Source: Mercenaria mercenaria (taxonomy: Eukaryota). Taken from it: a stretch of DNA of 64,000 bases. Where the stretch lies: the NCBI RefSeq assembly GCF_021730395.1, contig NC_069372.1:62975754-63039753 (forward strand), read 5' to 3'. Below the pieces are notes generated by a model, which worked only from the letters and a program-made list of their open reading frames with translations, did not search any database and was not told where the DNA came from. The translations under genes were made by a program, and so were the position numbers. The stretch's first letter is position 1; each line of letters starts with the position of its first letter. Of this stretch, positions 51,471-64,000 are shown one piece after another.

Positions 51471-52689
51471 AAAAACATGCGTTATCCCTACAATCAAAGC
51501 CCAAAAAGGACCGATCCTGTGCAACCGTACGCCACAAATGCACAGCAACAGAGTAAAGGATTCGAACCGAGACAAGGCCGAATAAGGAGGTCGGATATTG
51601 TGTGTGGTTATTGTAATAAGAAAGGGCATGTAGAGTCACGTTGTTATAATAACCCAGCAGCAATTCAGCCACAATATGTTTATTATACCCCGCAGGGACC
51701 CCAACCAAGACAAGGTTACGGACCAAAGTTCCAAGGACGCGAATTTTACTCAGAAACACAGCCTCAGCCATATCAGGGAAACTAATTGAGACTGGGTTTG
51801 CGGCCGAAAATTCAGTCAATATCATTTCAAATAGGCCAGAAAATAAAAAGTCAGATTGTTCTAAGCAAAATTCGGAATCGCAGATATCCGCAGGTTCTAC
51901 AAATAAGCTTGCGAATCAGTGTATACCTTTTCTAACCATTTTTTAAAATATAATTCCTTGTGTTTGTATTTGTATCTATGATTATATATTTTTTTATGAC
52001 ACATTGCATTTTGTATCGCTAACAACAGTTCTTTGAATTGTCCGTTGAATGAATGAATGCTTGTCCGGTCCTGAAGATTTTAAACGACATTTTGTAGAAC
52101 GGTTTTATGTACGTAGAAGAATGGTAATCGATAGTAGAGTATTTCGTTGATAAAACATGGTAAGTGTGACAAGTTTCCGTCTTTTACAGGTAAAATCATA
52201 AAAAGATAATTTGGCCAGTCAGAGGACTCGAACACTCAACCCTGAGATTAGTGGCAAAACGCTTTGTCCGTACAGCTATATCTGCACATGATACGTGATG
52301 GTATATAATTGGCTTTTCAATAGCAATATCATTGTTTGGGTTCGTACACCGAAAATTAATTTACGGAAACATACGGAATATTCATAAGTGCCAGGTCAAT
52401 ACTTACGGACAATACAAAATCTATTTTATTGCATCAACCTTGTCTTAACTGCAAACAAATACTGAGAAAAGGCTATCCCTCTGAAGTAACGGTATGTTAC
52501 GCATTTTCACGTGTTTTTCGTGGGTTGTAGATATGTTTATGAGTTGGATAGATATTACAGCAGCATGCCTCCAGATTTGGCTAAAAATAATCTTTCTTTC
52601 AAATTGAACTTTGATCATATTATGAACATTAGAATATGAATTTTTGTTTCTAACATATCTTAAAAGTTTCAAATCAAGAAAAAAAGATG

Positions 52690-53760
52690 ACCGCGTCTGG
52701 TCGGGAATCGAACCCCGGACTAAAGGTTTTAGCCTTCCATTTTGTGTCCGCTTTATATCTTCTAAACCCCTCGAAGAAATTTTATAAAACTTGGGTCAAA
52801 TGATCACCTCATCAATACAATGTGCAGAACTTATGAGTCAGTTATGCCGGCTCAAGGTCAAGGTCACAACTTAGGGTTAAAGGTTTGAGTCTTCCATTTT
52901 GTGTTCGCCCTGTATCTCCTAAACCCCTTGAAGGATTTTCATCAAACTTGGGTCAAATGATCACCTCATCAAGGCAATATGCAGAACGTATGAGTCAGCT
53001 ATTTTGGCTCAAGGTCAAGGTCACAACTCGGAGTCAAAAGTTTGAGCCTTCCATTTTGTGTCCGCTCTGTATCTCCTTATCCCCTTGAAGGAGTCATATG
53101 AAACTTGGGTCAAGTGATCACCTTAACAAGGCAATGTACAGAACGCATGAGTCAGCCATGTTGGCTCAAGGTCAAGGACACAACTCAATGTCAAAAGTTT
53201 TAGCCTTTCCATTTCGTGTTCGCTCTTTATCTCCTAAATCCTAAATAGAAATGGTCTCCGTCTGTCCTTCCGTCCGTCAGTCCGTAACATTTCGTGTCCG
53301 CTCCATATCTCCTAAACCCCTTGAAGAATTTTCATGAAACTTGGGTCAAATGATCACCTCATCAAGACGATGTGAAGAACTTATGAGTCAGCCTTGTCGG
53401 CTTAAGGTCAAGGTCACAACTCATGGTCAAAGGTTTTAGCCTTCCATTTTTGTCCGCTCTGTATCTTCAAAACCCCACGAAGGAATTTTATAAAACTTAG
53501 GTCAAATGCTTACCTCATCAAGGCCATGTGCAGAACTTATGAGTCAGCCATGCCGACTCAAGGTCAAGTCACAACTTAGGGTCAAAGGTTTGAGCCTTCC
53601 ATTTTGTGTCCACTCTGTATCTCCTAAACTCCTTGAAGGATTTTCATCAAACTTGGGTCAAATGCTCACCTAATCAAGAACGCATGAGTCAGCCATGTCA
53701 ACTCAAGGTAAAGGTCACAACTAAAGGTCAAAGGTTTGAGCTATGTATCTTTTATCGCCA
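52690..53760. repeat. ~160-bp satellite x7 (ccattttgtgtccgctctgtatctcctaaaccccttgaagg...ggtcaaggtcacaact family); related copies at 63340-63600
   Basis: Tandem units; ORFs 52885-53088 and 53606-53794 are artifacts. Confidence 0.8.
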
Positions 53761-56700
53761 TCCTGTCGTGCTGATCGAAACATGTCTCTGTTAAGGTCGC
53801 TGACTTTGATCATGTGCCCTCTCCGATGTGCGTTTCGGGCATCGCTAAGGCGTTGAATTATTCAATGTGAGGAATCCACAGCTAGTCTGTGGTTCTACCA
53901 GGTGTCCTGTCATGATGAAATAATGTTTGGAGGATTATTCTAATCAATAGATTTTTTTTTATTATTTATCAATCTGAGGCTTTTCAAGTCAGACAAACTG
54001 AAAATCTGAAGTGCTTATTTTGAAATTAAGCACGTTACAACCGACAAAAGTTCTATTTTGAGGGAAAAATAAAATACTATATTACATTTACTATTCTCTG
54101 CCTGGAGTTTATTTTAATGTACAGAGAGGTATAAAATTTCAGCAACGACTAACTTTTTTAAAGAACACACATGCACACAATGACGTGTTTAACTTTATTT
54201 GTCATTCTACGAAAAAAGAAAAGAAATATGTACAAAATTATAAATCTATCTATTTGTAGATATTCTTAGATAATCTCTTACTGTCCAATGTTCCTCGTGT
54301 TTCATGCAGTTACGTTGAGAACGGGAGAATTACAAGGCTAACTCCATTTTCATTCAACGTTTCGACTATTTATTAAGTCTTCATCAGGAAGTCAACAAAT
54401 ATGATTTGAAACAAACAACGTCATGCAGTTACGTTGGTGTTTCTACACTTACCTAAGAGAAGTATCATTGAAACTATTCATTGTTGATGTCCGTTTAATT
54501 CCTAAACTATGTAGAGGATTTTCAGTTTACTTAAAAAAATAATTTAAGGAAAGACATTTTATGGAATTTCTACGCATAGAAGCAGGATTAGTTTGTATCC
54601 CCCCACTCCCGCCCACACACTAGCGATCTGTAAGTGGTTTACAGGACCAGTAGGTAAACATTATTATGACGTAGTGACTGAAGTTTTATTTTGACCTAGT
54701 ATACAGCTTTCAAAAGGAATCCGAACTGGGCAAAACTTAATATACAATACACTTACTGTGATTTTAAGTGTTACATTGTATGGTATGAGTATTATATTTA
54801 TCTAGTCCCTTGTAATTCTATATAGAATGACCATTTACTTGTATGATATGTGTAATTTCTATGTTTGTATATGTGTATAAAATGTAATAGACTCAAATAA
54901 ATAAATAAATAAATAAATACCAAATAGTATGCTAGTGTACCTTTTTTCTTAAAACACAAAATACAACAAAGTGTGTGACAAATATAGCATAATTGTCAAT
55001 TTTGACCGCGGGCTAAACTGTTCATTCAATCAAGGATCTATTATGAAATATATAATCAGAGTACTAACTGTATTCAACGCAATCATGTTGTATTGCTGTC
55101 TGATGCGTGTCCAGGTGATATTTTCCACCCCGTTCTCTTTGGAGGCCCGTCTATGCGAGAATCGTATTTCGGAATATAAATTTGAATGCAGCCAGTAACT
55201 CAATGAATAAAAGTAAAAATTACTAGTTTCACAACGGAAGTGGTTAAATCATTATTTAAAACTTTTGCTAATAAATCTCACCCAATCTACGATGGTTACA
55301 CCCTTATATTTATGATTCTTTATACCATATCTTATCAATAACATTGAACTATATTCATTGAGTAGTCGGTTCCAGTTACACTCAAACGGATGGCAAAAAC
55401 TAGAAAGAGTATGTTTGCATTGCCCACATGCTTGTGTTGCAATACGCTTGAATACAACACTACATTGCATGTCAAAAGTGCTGATTCCCTCCCTTCAATC
55501 TGGAAATCTATTTTAGTTACAGCGATATCAGAAAGTATGAAAACCACTTTGGAAGCATTGTATAGATACAGAGGCCTGTAGGCACATACATCCTTGAAAT
55601 TGCTAAAATGTGAAAATAAAATATACAAAGAAATATTAAGACTATGCAGTTTTCCGAACTAGCTCATTTAAAGGGAGGTAATCACAAAAATACGATTTCA
55701 TTGGTAATTCAGTTTGAAAAAGACCCAGTGCATGCAAATGTTTCTCTGTGGTACAAGCACATGTTAAAAGACGAGCGATGCTGTAAAATTGGTCCCGACG
55801 TGACAGTTGCTGCACATTGTCTACTCCCGTGACTCCCGTGGTCTTTATCATTGTATGTTCTGAAAAAAAAATGTTGTTTTTATGATGGAAAATTATGAAT
55901 AACATTGCCAAAAAACATAACTTCTTTAATTTGCCTAGAAATATGATATGGAGTAAATAAGAAATACCTGGCAAAACTAACTGTCGGAAAGGTCTGGCGA
56001 ATTTCAAATCATGGAGAAATTATAAGGAAGGAAAACGGCAAATAAAATGCATGTCGTGGTCACAACCAAGACTGCTGATTTTTTTTTGTGTACTAAGGCG
56101 GTAATAAAAACATATCTTAGTTAACAGTATCATGTACCCGGTATTTAGTTCAATGTATTCCATGTGCAAGTATATCCCAGAACAGTCAAGCATATAGTGC
56201 TGGGGAAAAAATGTGTGTTTTCGTTCTTTTGCGATCAAGATTGCCGGTCTCCGCTACTGCATGTTGTTGATGACCATTACAATGCTGGTCACATGGCGAA
56301 TTTCCAGCTTAAAGGTGAAAGGAGGCGACTTTCCAGCTTAAAGGTGAAAGGAATGTCTAAGCGCTGGGATGGAGGATCGGGGTTAGTACCACCAATATGC
56401 CACGTAACATAACTGGATAGGTCGGCTGCAAACAGTAGGTCGCATTAATATGACTAAACATTCTGTGAAACATAACTCAGTATCCTGTCAGCTATTGACA
56501 GCATCCCGTCAGATATATGTAGAAACCCCTGAATCTGAAATATAAGTACACAATTAACTGGCTCTTTCCATGCCTTAATGTATTTTTAGTTAAAACTAAA
56601 CTCGAACCATACTTCGATTCGGGCCTCACATGTCCAGTATAAAAGCACGTTTTTCCCGCGCAAACTTTCACACTTTGTGTCAGTTCTGATCGGATCATTT

Positions 56701-57015
56701 GCTGTATACTACAGATACACGATGGCGCTTAGACGAGTTTTTTTGGTTTTGGAGTGTTGTGTTGGCGAAGATGCGACTGTGGTTTGGTTCTGGAGTGGCG
56801 ACAGAGGCAGCGGAGGTAGCAGCGGAGGCCGGGGACCTTGCGGGTGGGGGTAAGTTATGTTTTTTATCATAAATTTCATGCATGTTTTTACAGGGTATTT
56901 CAGTGAAACTGACCTCTAATGAGAAAAAAAATGAAATTACAAACTGTGTGTACCTCTTTCGTCAGAGTGTACCAGTTATTATGTGTATTAATGGCTCATT
57001 GTCAAAGGGGGGGGG

Positions 57016-57042
57016 GGGGGGGGGGGGGGGGGAAGAACTTCA
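57016..57042 (+). repeat. Homopolymer (G)27
   Basis: aaag(G)27aagaac read directly. It creates the Gly runs seen in ORFs 56882 and 56919. Confidence 0.9.
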
Positions 57043-58379
57043 AAATCACTTTTTGGTATTTTTTCACAGAAAGATTATTCATTGGAATAAATTTAATGAT
57101 GTGCCTCATGAACCTGTACTGTGCCATAGATACGTTATTTCGTGGGTGTTAAATGTACCACTTTACTTATGGAGTAAATAGAGAAAATTTTTAATGATAA
57201 CAATTATTGATTTTGATAACCATCAGATTCTGAGGTATTTGCAATCTTTAATTTTTAGTGGGAGGTTAGCCAGGGATGGATAAATTAATCTAAAACACTT
57301 TGCTTATTAATCTTAATAGCAGAAATTATTCTTATCCAACATAATGAAAAACTTAGAAAAAAGTAGCCATTTGTAAAAATTAATTCTATATGAAAATTTC
57401 TGAGAGACTGCAGAATGATAAAGCATGTCATTCTTAAGGTAGTTCTGCACATTTGAAACACTGGGGTGATGGTGAAAGGTCATTTATTTAAGTAAAACAG
57501 AATATGTAAAACCTGATCACAACACAGAAACAAAAAATCATTTTATGAAATAATGGCAAACTATTCAGTAGGCAATGTAGGTATAATCTTTCTGGAGATA
57601 AGATATGATATAAAAAAGTTTTACACATTAAATTGTTCTTATAAATAGCTGAAAATATGTGGTCTCATTTTTTAGCTGATTTTGCAGTTTTTGTGTTTGA
57701 CAGAAATTTATTTTTCTTGCATCAAACATGACCCCCACTTTTCTTCTGATTTTTATTTAGCACTAACAATATTCTTCAAGAAAATGTAGGTTACAGACAT
57801 TTAAAATGGGTCCTGATGTGTGCTGCGGCCAGTGGAAATAGAATAAAATATAGCATAAAGAACAACAACTATTTAGTGTGTTATAACCTATAAGATGACA
57901 TATTGGTGAAAATTGAAATCTGACCAGATGATGGTGGACATGGGCTGCTTTGATTTAAGAATTTGATAGAAAATGACAAATTTATTGCAATTTTGTTGAA
58001 AATGAGGATAAAACCCCAAAAATATCACATTTTCACTGTTTTGAGTGTATTTTTTTCTCCAAAAACTACAGATTTATAGTATGATGATTACTAATTTATG
58101 GCCATCAGAGGTAAAAGTGAACATATCTAATGGTTTAAATGTGTAATTTGTTTGTAGATCAGAGTAGAAAATGTCAAAACAGGGCAAAACAAGGCTGCAT
58201 TTAGGGCAACTGCTTCAAAATTATGTTGCAACAGATATTTTTGACAAAATCTGATGCTTTTTCTTCTGGTACTGAAAATGCCATAAAACCTTAGAAACTG
58301 TTGATATCAGCTAAAACCTTGTATTTTTTCATGCATTTAGATTTCTTGCACATTTCAAATGAAACTGGCACAGTGTCAG

Positions 58380-58900
58380 AGAAAAAAAAATGTCTTATAA
58401 ACTATCAAAGCTATTGCTTTAAAACTTGCAACATTTGTTCACCATCACTAGCTGACTCTTTACAGCAAGAAACATAACTCCATCCAGCTTTTTTTGCAAG
58501 AATTATGGCCCCTTTGGACTTAGAAAATATGAAATTTCTTGGGTAAGTTTTATGTTTAGGTCAATTTTCCTTCTAAACTATCAAAGCTACTGATTTAAAA
58601 CTTGCAACACCTGTTTAACATCAAAAGCTGACTCTGTACAGCAAGAAACATAACTCCATCCTGCTTTTTGCAAGAATTATGGCCCTTTTGGACTTTCAGA
58701 TTTCTTGGTTAAGATTTGCGTTAGGTCAACTTTTCTCCTTTATGGTCAAAGCTATTGCTTTAAAACTTGGAGCAATTATTTGCCATTAAAAGCTGACACT
58801 GCACAGCAAGTACTGTTTTGCATTGCATTTTGCATTGAATTATGGACCCTTTTGGAATGGTCTAGCTATTCTACTCACCCTGGTGTCGGCATCGGCGTCT
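58380..58900. repeat. ~180-bp satellite, inverse-orientation copies of the 22.0-22.9 kb family
   Basis: 'caaagctattgctttaaaacttgcaacat...cagcaagaaacataactccatcc...ttgcaagaattatggcccctttggact' is the reverse complement of the 22 kb units. Confidence 0.7.
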
Positions 58901-61900
58901 GCGTCTGTGTCACACCTTGGTTAAAGTTTTGCATGCAAGTACATACAGCTATCATTTAAAGGCATATAGATTTGAAACTTATTTTTTTTCTAGGTCAATT
59001 ACCAACCTCACTGGGTCAAGTTCCAATAGCTCTGACATATATTTTGGGCAAATTATGCCCCTTTTGGACTTCTAAAATTCTTGTTAAAGTTTTACAAGCA
59101 AGTTACTATCTCCAAATCTAATGCAGATATTGAATTGAAACTTCACTTGTGTCTTCAGGGTTATAAAACTAGTTGATAGCTTAAAGTCCCATAACTCTGA
59201 CCTGCATTTTGGCCAGATTGAGCCCCCTTTGGACTTCAAAAATCCTGGTTATAGTTTTGTGTGCAAGTACATACAGCTATTACTTAAAGGCATATAGATT
59301 TAAACTTATTTTTTCATTTTCTAGATTAATTACCATCCTCACTGGATCAAGTCCCATAAATCTGACATCTATTTTGGGCAAATTATGTCCCTTTTTGGAC
59401 TTAGAAAATTCTGGTTAAAGTTTTGCATGCAAGTTACTATCTGCAAAACAAATGCAGATATTAAGTTGAACCTTCACATGTGTCTTCAGGGTTATAAAAC
59501 TAGTTAAAAGCATCAAGTCTCATAACTCTGACACGCATTTTGGTCAGATTATGTCCCCTTTTGAACTTAAAACTCTTTAGATATTTTAACATTTTGGGTA
59601 ATATTTTTCTGCTTCTGAGACAATACTTCGAATAGTCGAGCATTGGCTGTCTTATGGACAGCTCTTGTTTTGTTTAGGTCCTCCTTTTCTCAAAATCTAT
59701 GGGCTACAGCTTTGAAATTTTGCACACTTATATTTCATCATCAGATGACTTAGTAGGCCAAGAACCATAACTTTGGTTTGCATTTTGTAAACATTATGGC
59801 CTATTTTGTACTTAGAAAATTTGAGTTTCTTGGTTAAATTTTTTGTTTATATATATCTATAGGTCCACCTTTCTCAAAAACTATAAGAGCTACAACTTTG
59901 AAACTTTGCATACTTGATAATCATCATTAGTAGACTATGTAGGCTAAGAACTATAACTCTAACCTGCATTTTGTTTGATTTAAGGTCCGTTTTGTACTTA
60001 GAAATTCTGAACTAAAACTCTTTTCTTCAATACAGACCAGCACTTGCAGACGAGTGATGGCACCTGTAGGCAGTGTTCTTGTTTTCATTACATGTAAAAT
60101 TGTTTTTGATATAAACTCATCTTAATTAAGATATGGTTGATTACATTTGAAACACTTTCATGTCCTTTGAGTGTTTGGCATGGCTCATGTGCTTCTAACA
60201 CGCCCATGTAATTCCTACCAAAATGGAAATTACTAAGCCGCTATTGATATCCATGTTTAAACTGATTCAGTAATGAATACTTTCGACCTAATACTTTTTA
60301 ATCACAAAACTGTCAATTTGTGGCAAAATTAATGCAAAGATCTTTCCATAGCACTGATTCATTTCAAATCCTATGTTGAAAATGCTGTAGTTAATTTTGA
60401 CTTGCATTTTGCAGTTTTTAGCTTCACTATTCAAAGATAAGGAGAGCTAATACTCAGCATGGCGTTGGCGTCAACGTTAGCATAGGATCGTCACGTTTTG
60501 ATTAAAATTTTTGGTACCAATCCACATTTTGACAAAACCTGTTGACATATAGCTTTGAAACTTTCAACACTTCTGTGCCATCACCATGTCCAATTTTAGG
60601 CAAGAGTTCATGATTCCATAAGGATTTAGTCTGAATTATGGCCCCTTTTAACCTACATTTTTCATATTAGTCAAGGCAACTTTTGTTTTCTTTCTTACTA
60701 TTGCTTATATCTTACTGTAACTTCAAAGAAACATTGTCCAGCATACAAACAAAGCATATGCAGGAGGCCAGGAGCTGGGCTCATGTTACATAAGATCAAG
60801 GTCACCATGGTGTTATACTTAGGTCATTTTTAAAGCAACCTTTTTTTTTCTGTCATCTCATTGTTGCTATTGCTTATATCTTACTGAAAGTCCACAGAAA
60901 CATTGTCCAGCATACAAACAAAGTATGTGCAAGGGCTGGGCCCATTTTACATAAGGTTACCAAGGTGTTATACTAAGGTAATTTTAAATTTTAAAGTTTT
61001 TTTCGGCAACCTTTGTTTTTTCTGTTGTGTCTTTGTTGTTACTATTGCTTATATCTCACTGTAAATTCACATAAACATTGTCCAGTATGCAAAGTATGTG
61101 CAGGGGCTGGGCTCATTATACCCAAGGTCAACGTCACCAAGGTGTTATACTTAGGTTATTTTTAAGGCATCCTTTGTTTTTCTATCATATCTTTGTTGCT
61201 ATTGCTTATATCTTACTGTAAATTCACATAAATATTGTCCAGTATACAAAGTATATGCAGGGGCTGGACCCATTTTAAATTATGATCAAGGTCAAGGTCA
61301 CCAAGGTATTGTACTTGGGTTATTTTTAAGATTTTTTTATAATTAATTTAATTTATAATTAAGATTAAGTTTTCGGCAACCTTTGTTTTTCTATCATACC
61401 TTTGTTACTATTGCTTATATATTACTGTAGTTCACATACACATTGTCCATTATACAAACAAAGTATATGCAGGGACTGGGCCCATTATACCCAAGGTCAA
61501 GGTCACCAAGATGTTGTACTTGGAATTAATTTTATGTTATTTTTTTTCGAAAGCTTTGTTTATAGACATATCTTTGGTACTTTAAAAGATAATGACTTGA
61601 AATTAAATATATTTCTTCATAATTATCATCTGCATATGTGGTTACAAGCCCCATAAATCTAATTGTATTATTGACAGAATTATGCCCCTTTCATACTTAA
61701 AGCCTTTTTGGAAATCTTCGCTTTCTTGATATAACTTTAGTACAATATAAGATAAAGACTTGAAACTTTAAGTGTATCTTTATCATCATCATTTGCATGT
61801 GTAATTATAATCCCTATAACTCTGATTTGTAGTTTTGACCAAATAATGCCCCTTTCATACTTGAATTTTTTGACAAATTTCGTTTTCTGGATATATCATT

Positions 61901-63300
61901 GCTACTATATAAGATAATGACTTGAAACTCAAAATATATCTTTACCATCATCATTTGCATGTGTGGTAACAATCCCAATAACTCTAATTAGTGTTTTTGA
62001 TAGAATTATGATAGAATTATGCCCCTTGGAGTATCTTCCTTTTAAAGTAGAGGTCTCTTATTGAGACATAATTATGTTCATTTTACTGTCAAATTGTCAA
62101 ATAGTGGAGCGCGCATTAGGGCCTGAGAAAGTAAACAGTAATATTTTTTGCCTTAATGCTAGATTTGGGTCTGATGCATTATTACCCAATTCACATTACA
62201 TGTTTCTCGGCAGGATTGAAATAACAGGTATACAGTTCAGCAGCTTGTTATTTTAGATACGCGCATTCATTTTGCCAAAAAAAAAAAACACACCAAAATT
62301 TGGATGAAAGTCTTGCAACCAGTTTATAATAGTTTATGTAAAGAATACTATGGTAATACTAATACTACTTAATAAAAACAACAGCCATGTATGAAACTTT
62401 TAAGCTCAACTGTTCAAAGAATAGTAGAGCTATTGGACTCGCCCTAGCGTCCACGTCCTCATCCCAATTAGATAAAGTTTTTGTATGTAAGCTGGTATCT
62501 CAGTAACCATTTAATGGATTGAAACTTCACACACTTATTTACCTTTTTTAATTGACTTACATTGCACAGGTTCCATAACTCTATTTTGCATTTTTTTTTA
62601 CAAAATTATGCCTCTTTTTCGACTTAAAAATTTTGGTTAGGGTTTTGTATGTAAGCTGTTATCTCAGTATTCACAAATGGGAATGGATTGAAACTTCACA
62701 TACTTGTCCACTGTCATGATCTGACATGCACTGTTTAGGTCCCATAACTCCACTTTGCATTTTTCAAACTTATGCCCCTTTTTCCACTTAGTACTTTTTG
62801 GTTAAGGTTTTGTATGTAAGCTGGTATCTCAGTATCCACTAATGGGAATGGATTGAAACTTCACACACTTGTTCACTGTCATGATCTGACGTGCACTGTA
62901 CAGGTCCCATAACTACTTTGTTGTTGTTTTTTTTCAGAATTATGCCCCCTTTTCGAATAAAGCAGTTTTTGCTTATGTTTTTGTATGTAAGCTGGTATCT
63001 CATTATCCACTAATGGGAAAGGATTGAAACTTCACACACTTGTGCACTGTCATGATATGACATGCAGTGCAAAGGTTCAATAACTCTACTTAGCACTTTT
63101 ACAAAATTATGCCCCTTTTTCAGTTTAGCAGCTTTTGGTTAAATTCTTATTATTATGTAAGCTGGTATCTCAGGTAACCCACTAATGGGAATGCATTGAA
63201 ACTTCACACACTTGTCCACTATCATGAGCTGATAAGCATTATGCAGGTTCCATAACCCTGTTTTGCATTTTTACAAAGTTATGCCCCTTTTATACGCCCG
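58900..63300. repeat. Large satellite block: ~280-bp higher-order units (ttatgcccctttt...ggacttagaaaat...ggttaaagttttgcatgcaagt...), an embedded ~170-bp array at 60690-61560 and variant units at 62300-63290
   Basis: Repeated blocks read by eye; no coding potential beyond short artifact ORFs. Confidence 0.7.
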
Positions 63301-64000
63301 AAGGGACGTATCATGTTATACCCTGGTGTCCATCTGTCCGTCCGTTCATCTGTTAGCAATTTCGTGTTCGCTTTGTAACTCTTAGACCCCTTGAAGGATT
63401 TCAAGAAACTTAACACAAATGTTCACCACACCTAGACGACGTGCATGTTTTGGATGTCTCGTTTCAAGGTCAAGGTCACACTTAGGGGTCAAAGGTCATA
63501 TCAGTTTGTTTCATGTCCACTCTGTAATTCTTGAACTGCTTGAAGGATTTCAAAGAAACTTGGCACAAATGTTCACCACGACATGCAGAGTGTATGTTTC
63601 AGATAACTTGTTTTAAAGAGAATTCCTATAGTTTTTTTCCTTTCATAGAATTTTTTCAAATTCACATATATTATAGGAAAATGTGTACTGAAAACAATGA
63701 ACAAATAAAAACAATGGTTCATCAGACTTGTTTTTGTGAAAAATAGTTTTGAACACACCCAATGTTGCTGGAACTGCCAGCGAGTTTTCAAAATTTTCAT
63801 AATTTTCTGCTTTTCAGCTCGACTATTCGGAGAATAGGGGAGCTATCCTACTCGTCCCGGCATTGGCATGAGCGTTAACGTGAGCGTCGTACAAATGTTA
63901 AAGTTTGCGTACCACCCCAAATATTTTCAAAGTCCATTGAGATATTGCTTTGATATTTTGCATACTTGTTTACCATCATGACCCCAGTCTGTAAAAAGGA

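Larger units (their letters stand above)
46700..51790 (+). mobile_element. Degenerate LTR-retrotransposon 5' region: putative LTR end + PBS + gag (capsid-like core and CCHC zinc knuckle), no pol
   Basis: PBS-like 'TGGTGCCGTGACC' at 47207-47219 just after '...ggtaca'. ORF 50193-50878 has retrotransposon-gag-like 'KFDGTSSEWPDYIVHFEQVASWNTWNERQKACMLSINLRGEAQ...YLEIKKVLTQRFSPHERELAFRCEF'. 'CGYCNKKGHVESRC' (C-X2-C-X4-H-X4-C) at ~51610-51650. Frames are broken and no RT/IN ORFs follow. Confidence 0.6.

Noticed and set aside
52197-52270. tRNA gene on the minus strand (GTTCGAGTCC T-loop-like box)
   Set aside because: No complementary acceptor-stem 5' strand and no clean D-arm, so this is a tRNA-derived fragment (SINE or LTR-related), not a functional tRNA.
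56722-57181. Two-exon model joining the 56722 first exon to ORF 56882-57181 via the acceptor at ~56891
   Set aside because: Donor phase 2 plus that acceptor gives an immediate in-frame stop. ORF 56882 is largely low-complexity, created by the (G)27 tract.

Overview
This window reads as eukaryotic (metazoan, probably molluscan/bivalve-like) genomic DNA rather than a prokaryotic locus. It is AT-rich, spliced and packed with satellite arrays, SINE-like units, MITE/foldback hairpins and (GACA)n microsatellites. Three things stand out. (1) One large multi-exon PARP4 (vault PARP) ortholog runs on the minus strand from at least ~40.6 kb down to ~2.5 kb and continues past the left edge. Its BRCT-like, helical, catalytic H-Y-E, VIT and vWA (MIDAS DxSxS) exons can all be read directly. 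Nearly all of the repeat arrays between 2.5 and 40.6 kb lie inside its introns, including one intron of ~11.3 kb (23956-35264). (2) A compact two-exon gene on the plus strand (15209-16228) encodes a ~320 aa cGAS-like receptor (cGLR/Mab-21 nucleotidyltransferase). It has an intact G[GS]..[DE]h[DE]h..D catalytic signature and a predicted N-terminal MGCASSK myristoylation/palmitoylation motif. It sits antisense inside the PARP4 intron between the catalytic and VIT exons. (3) At 46.7-51.8 kb there is an LTR-retrotransposon gag relic: a PBS-like site, a gag core and a CCHC knuckle. It is disrupted by a ~1.9 kb foldback element made of a palindromic 22-bp minisatellite bounded by perfect 36-bp inverted repeats. 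Other content includes two copies of a satellite-carrying Helentron/HINE-like element, a tandem array of tRNA-derived SINE units, several long perfect hairpins, a poly-G27 tract and a weak orphan first-exon candidate. Exon boundaries were derived by hand and should be treated as ±1-3 nt.
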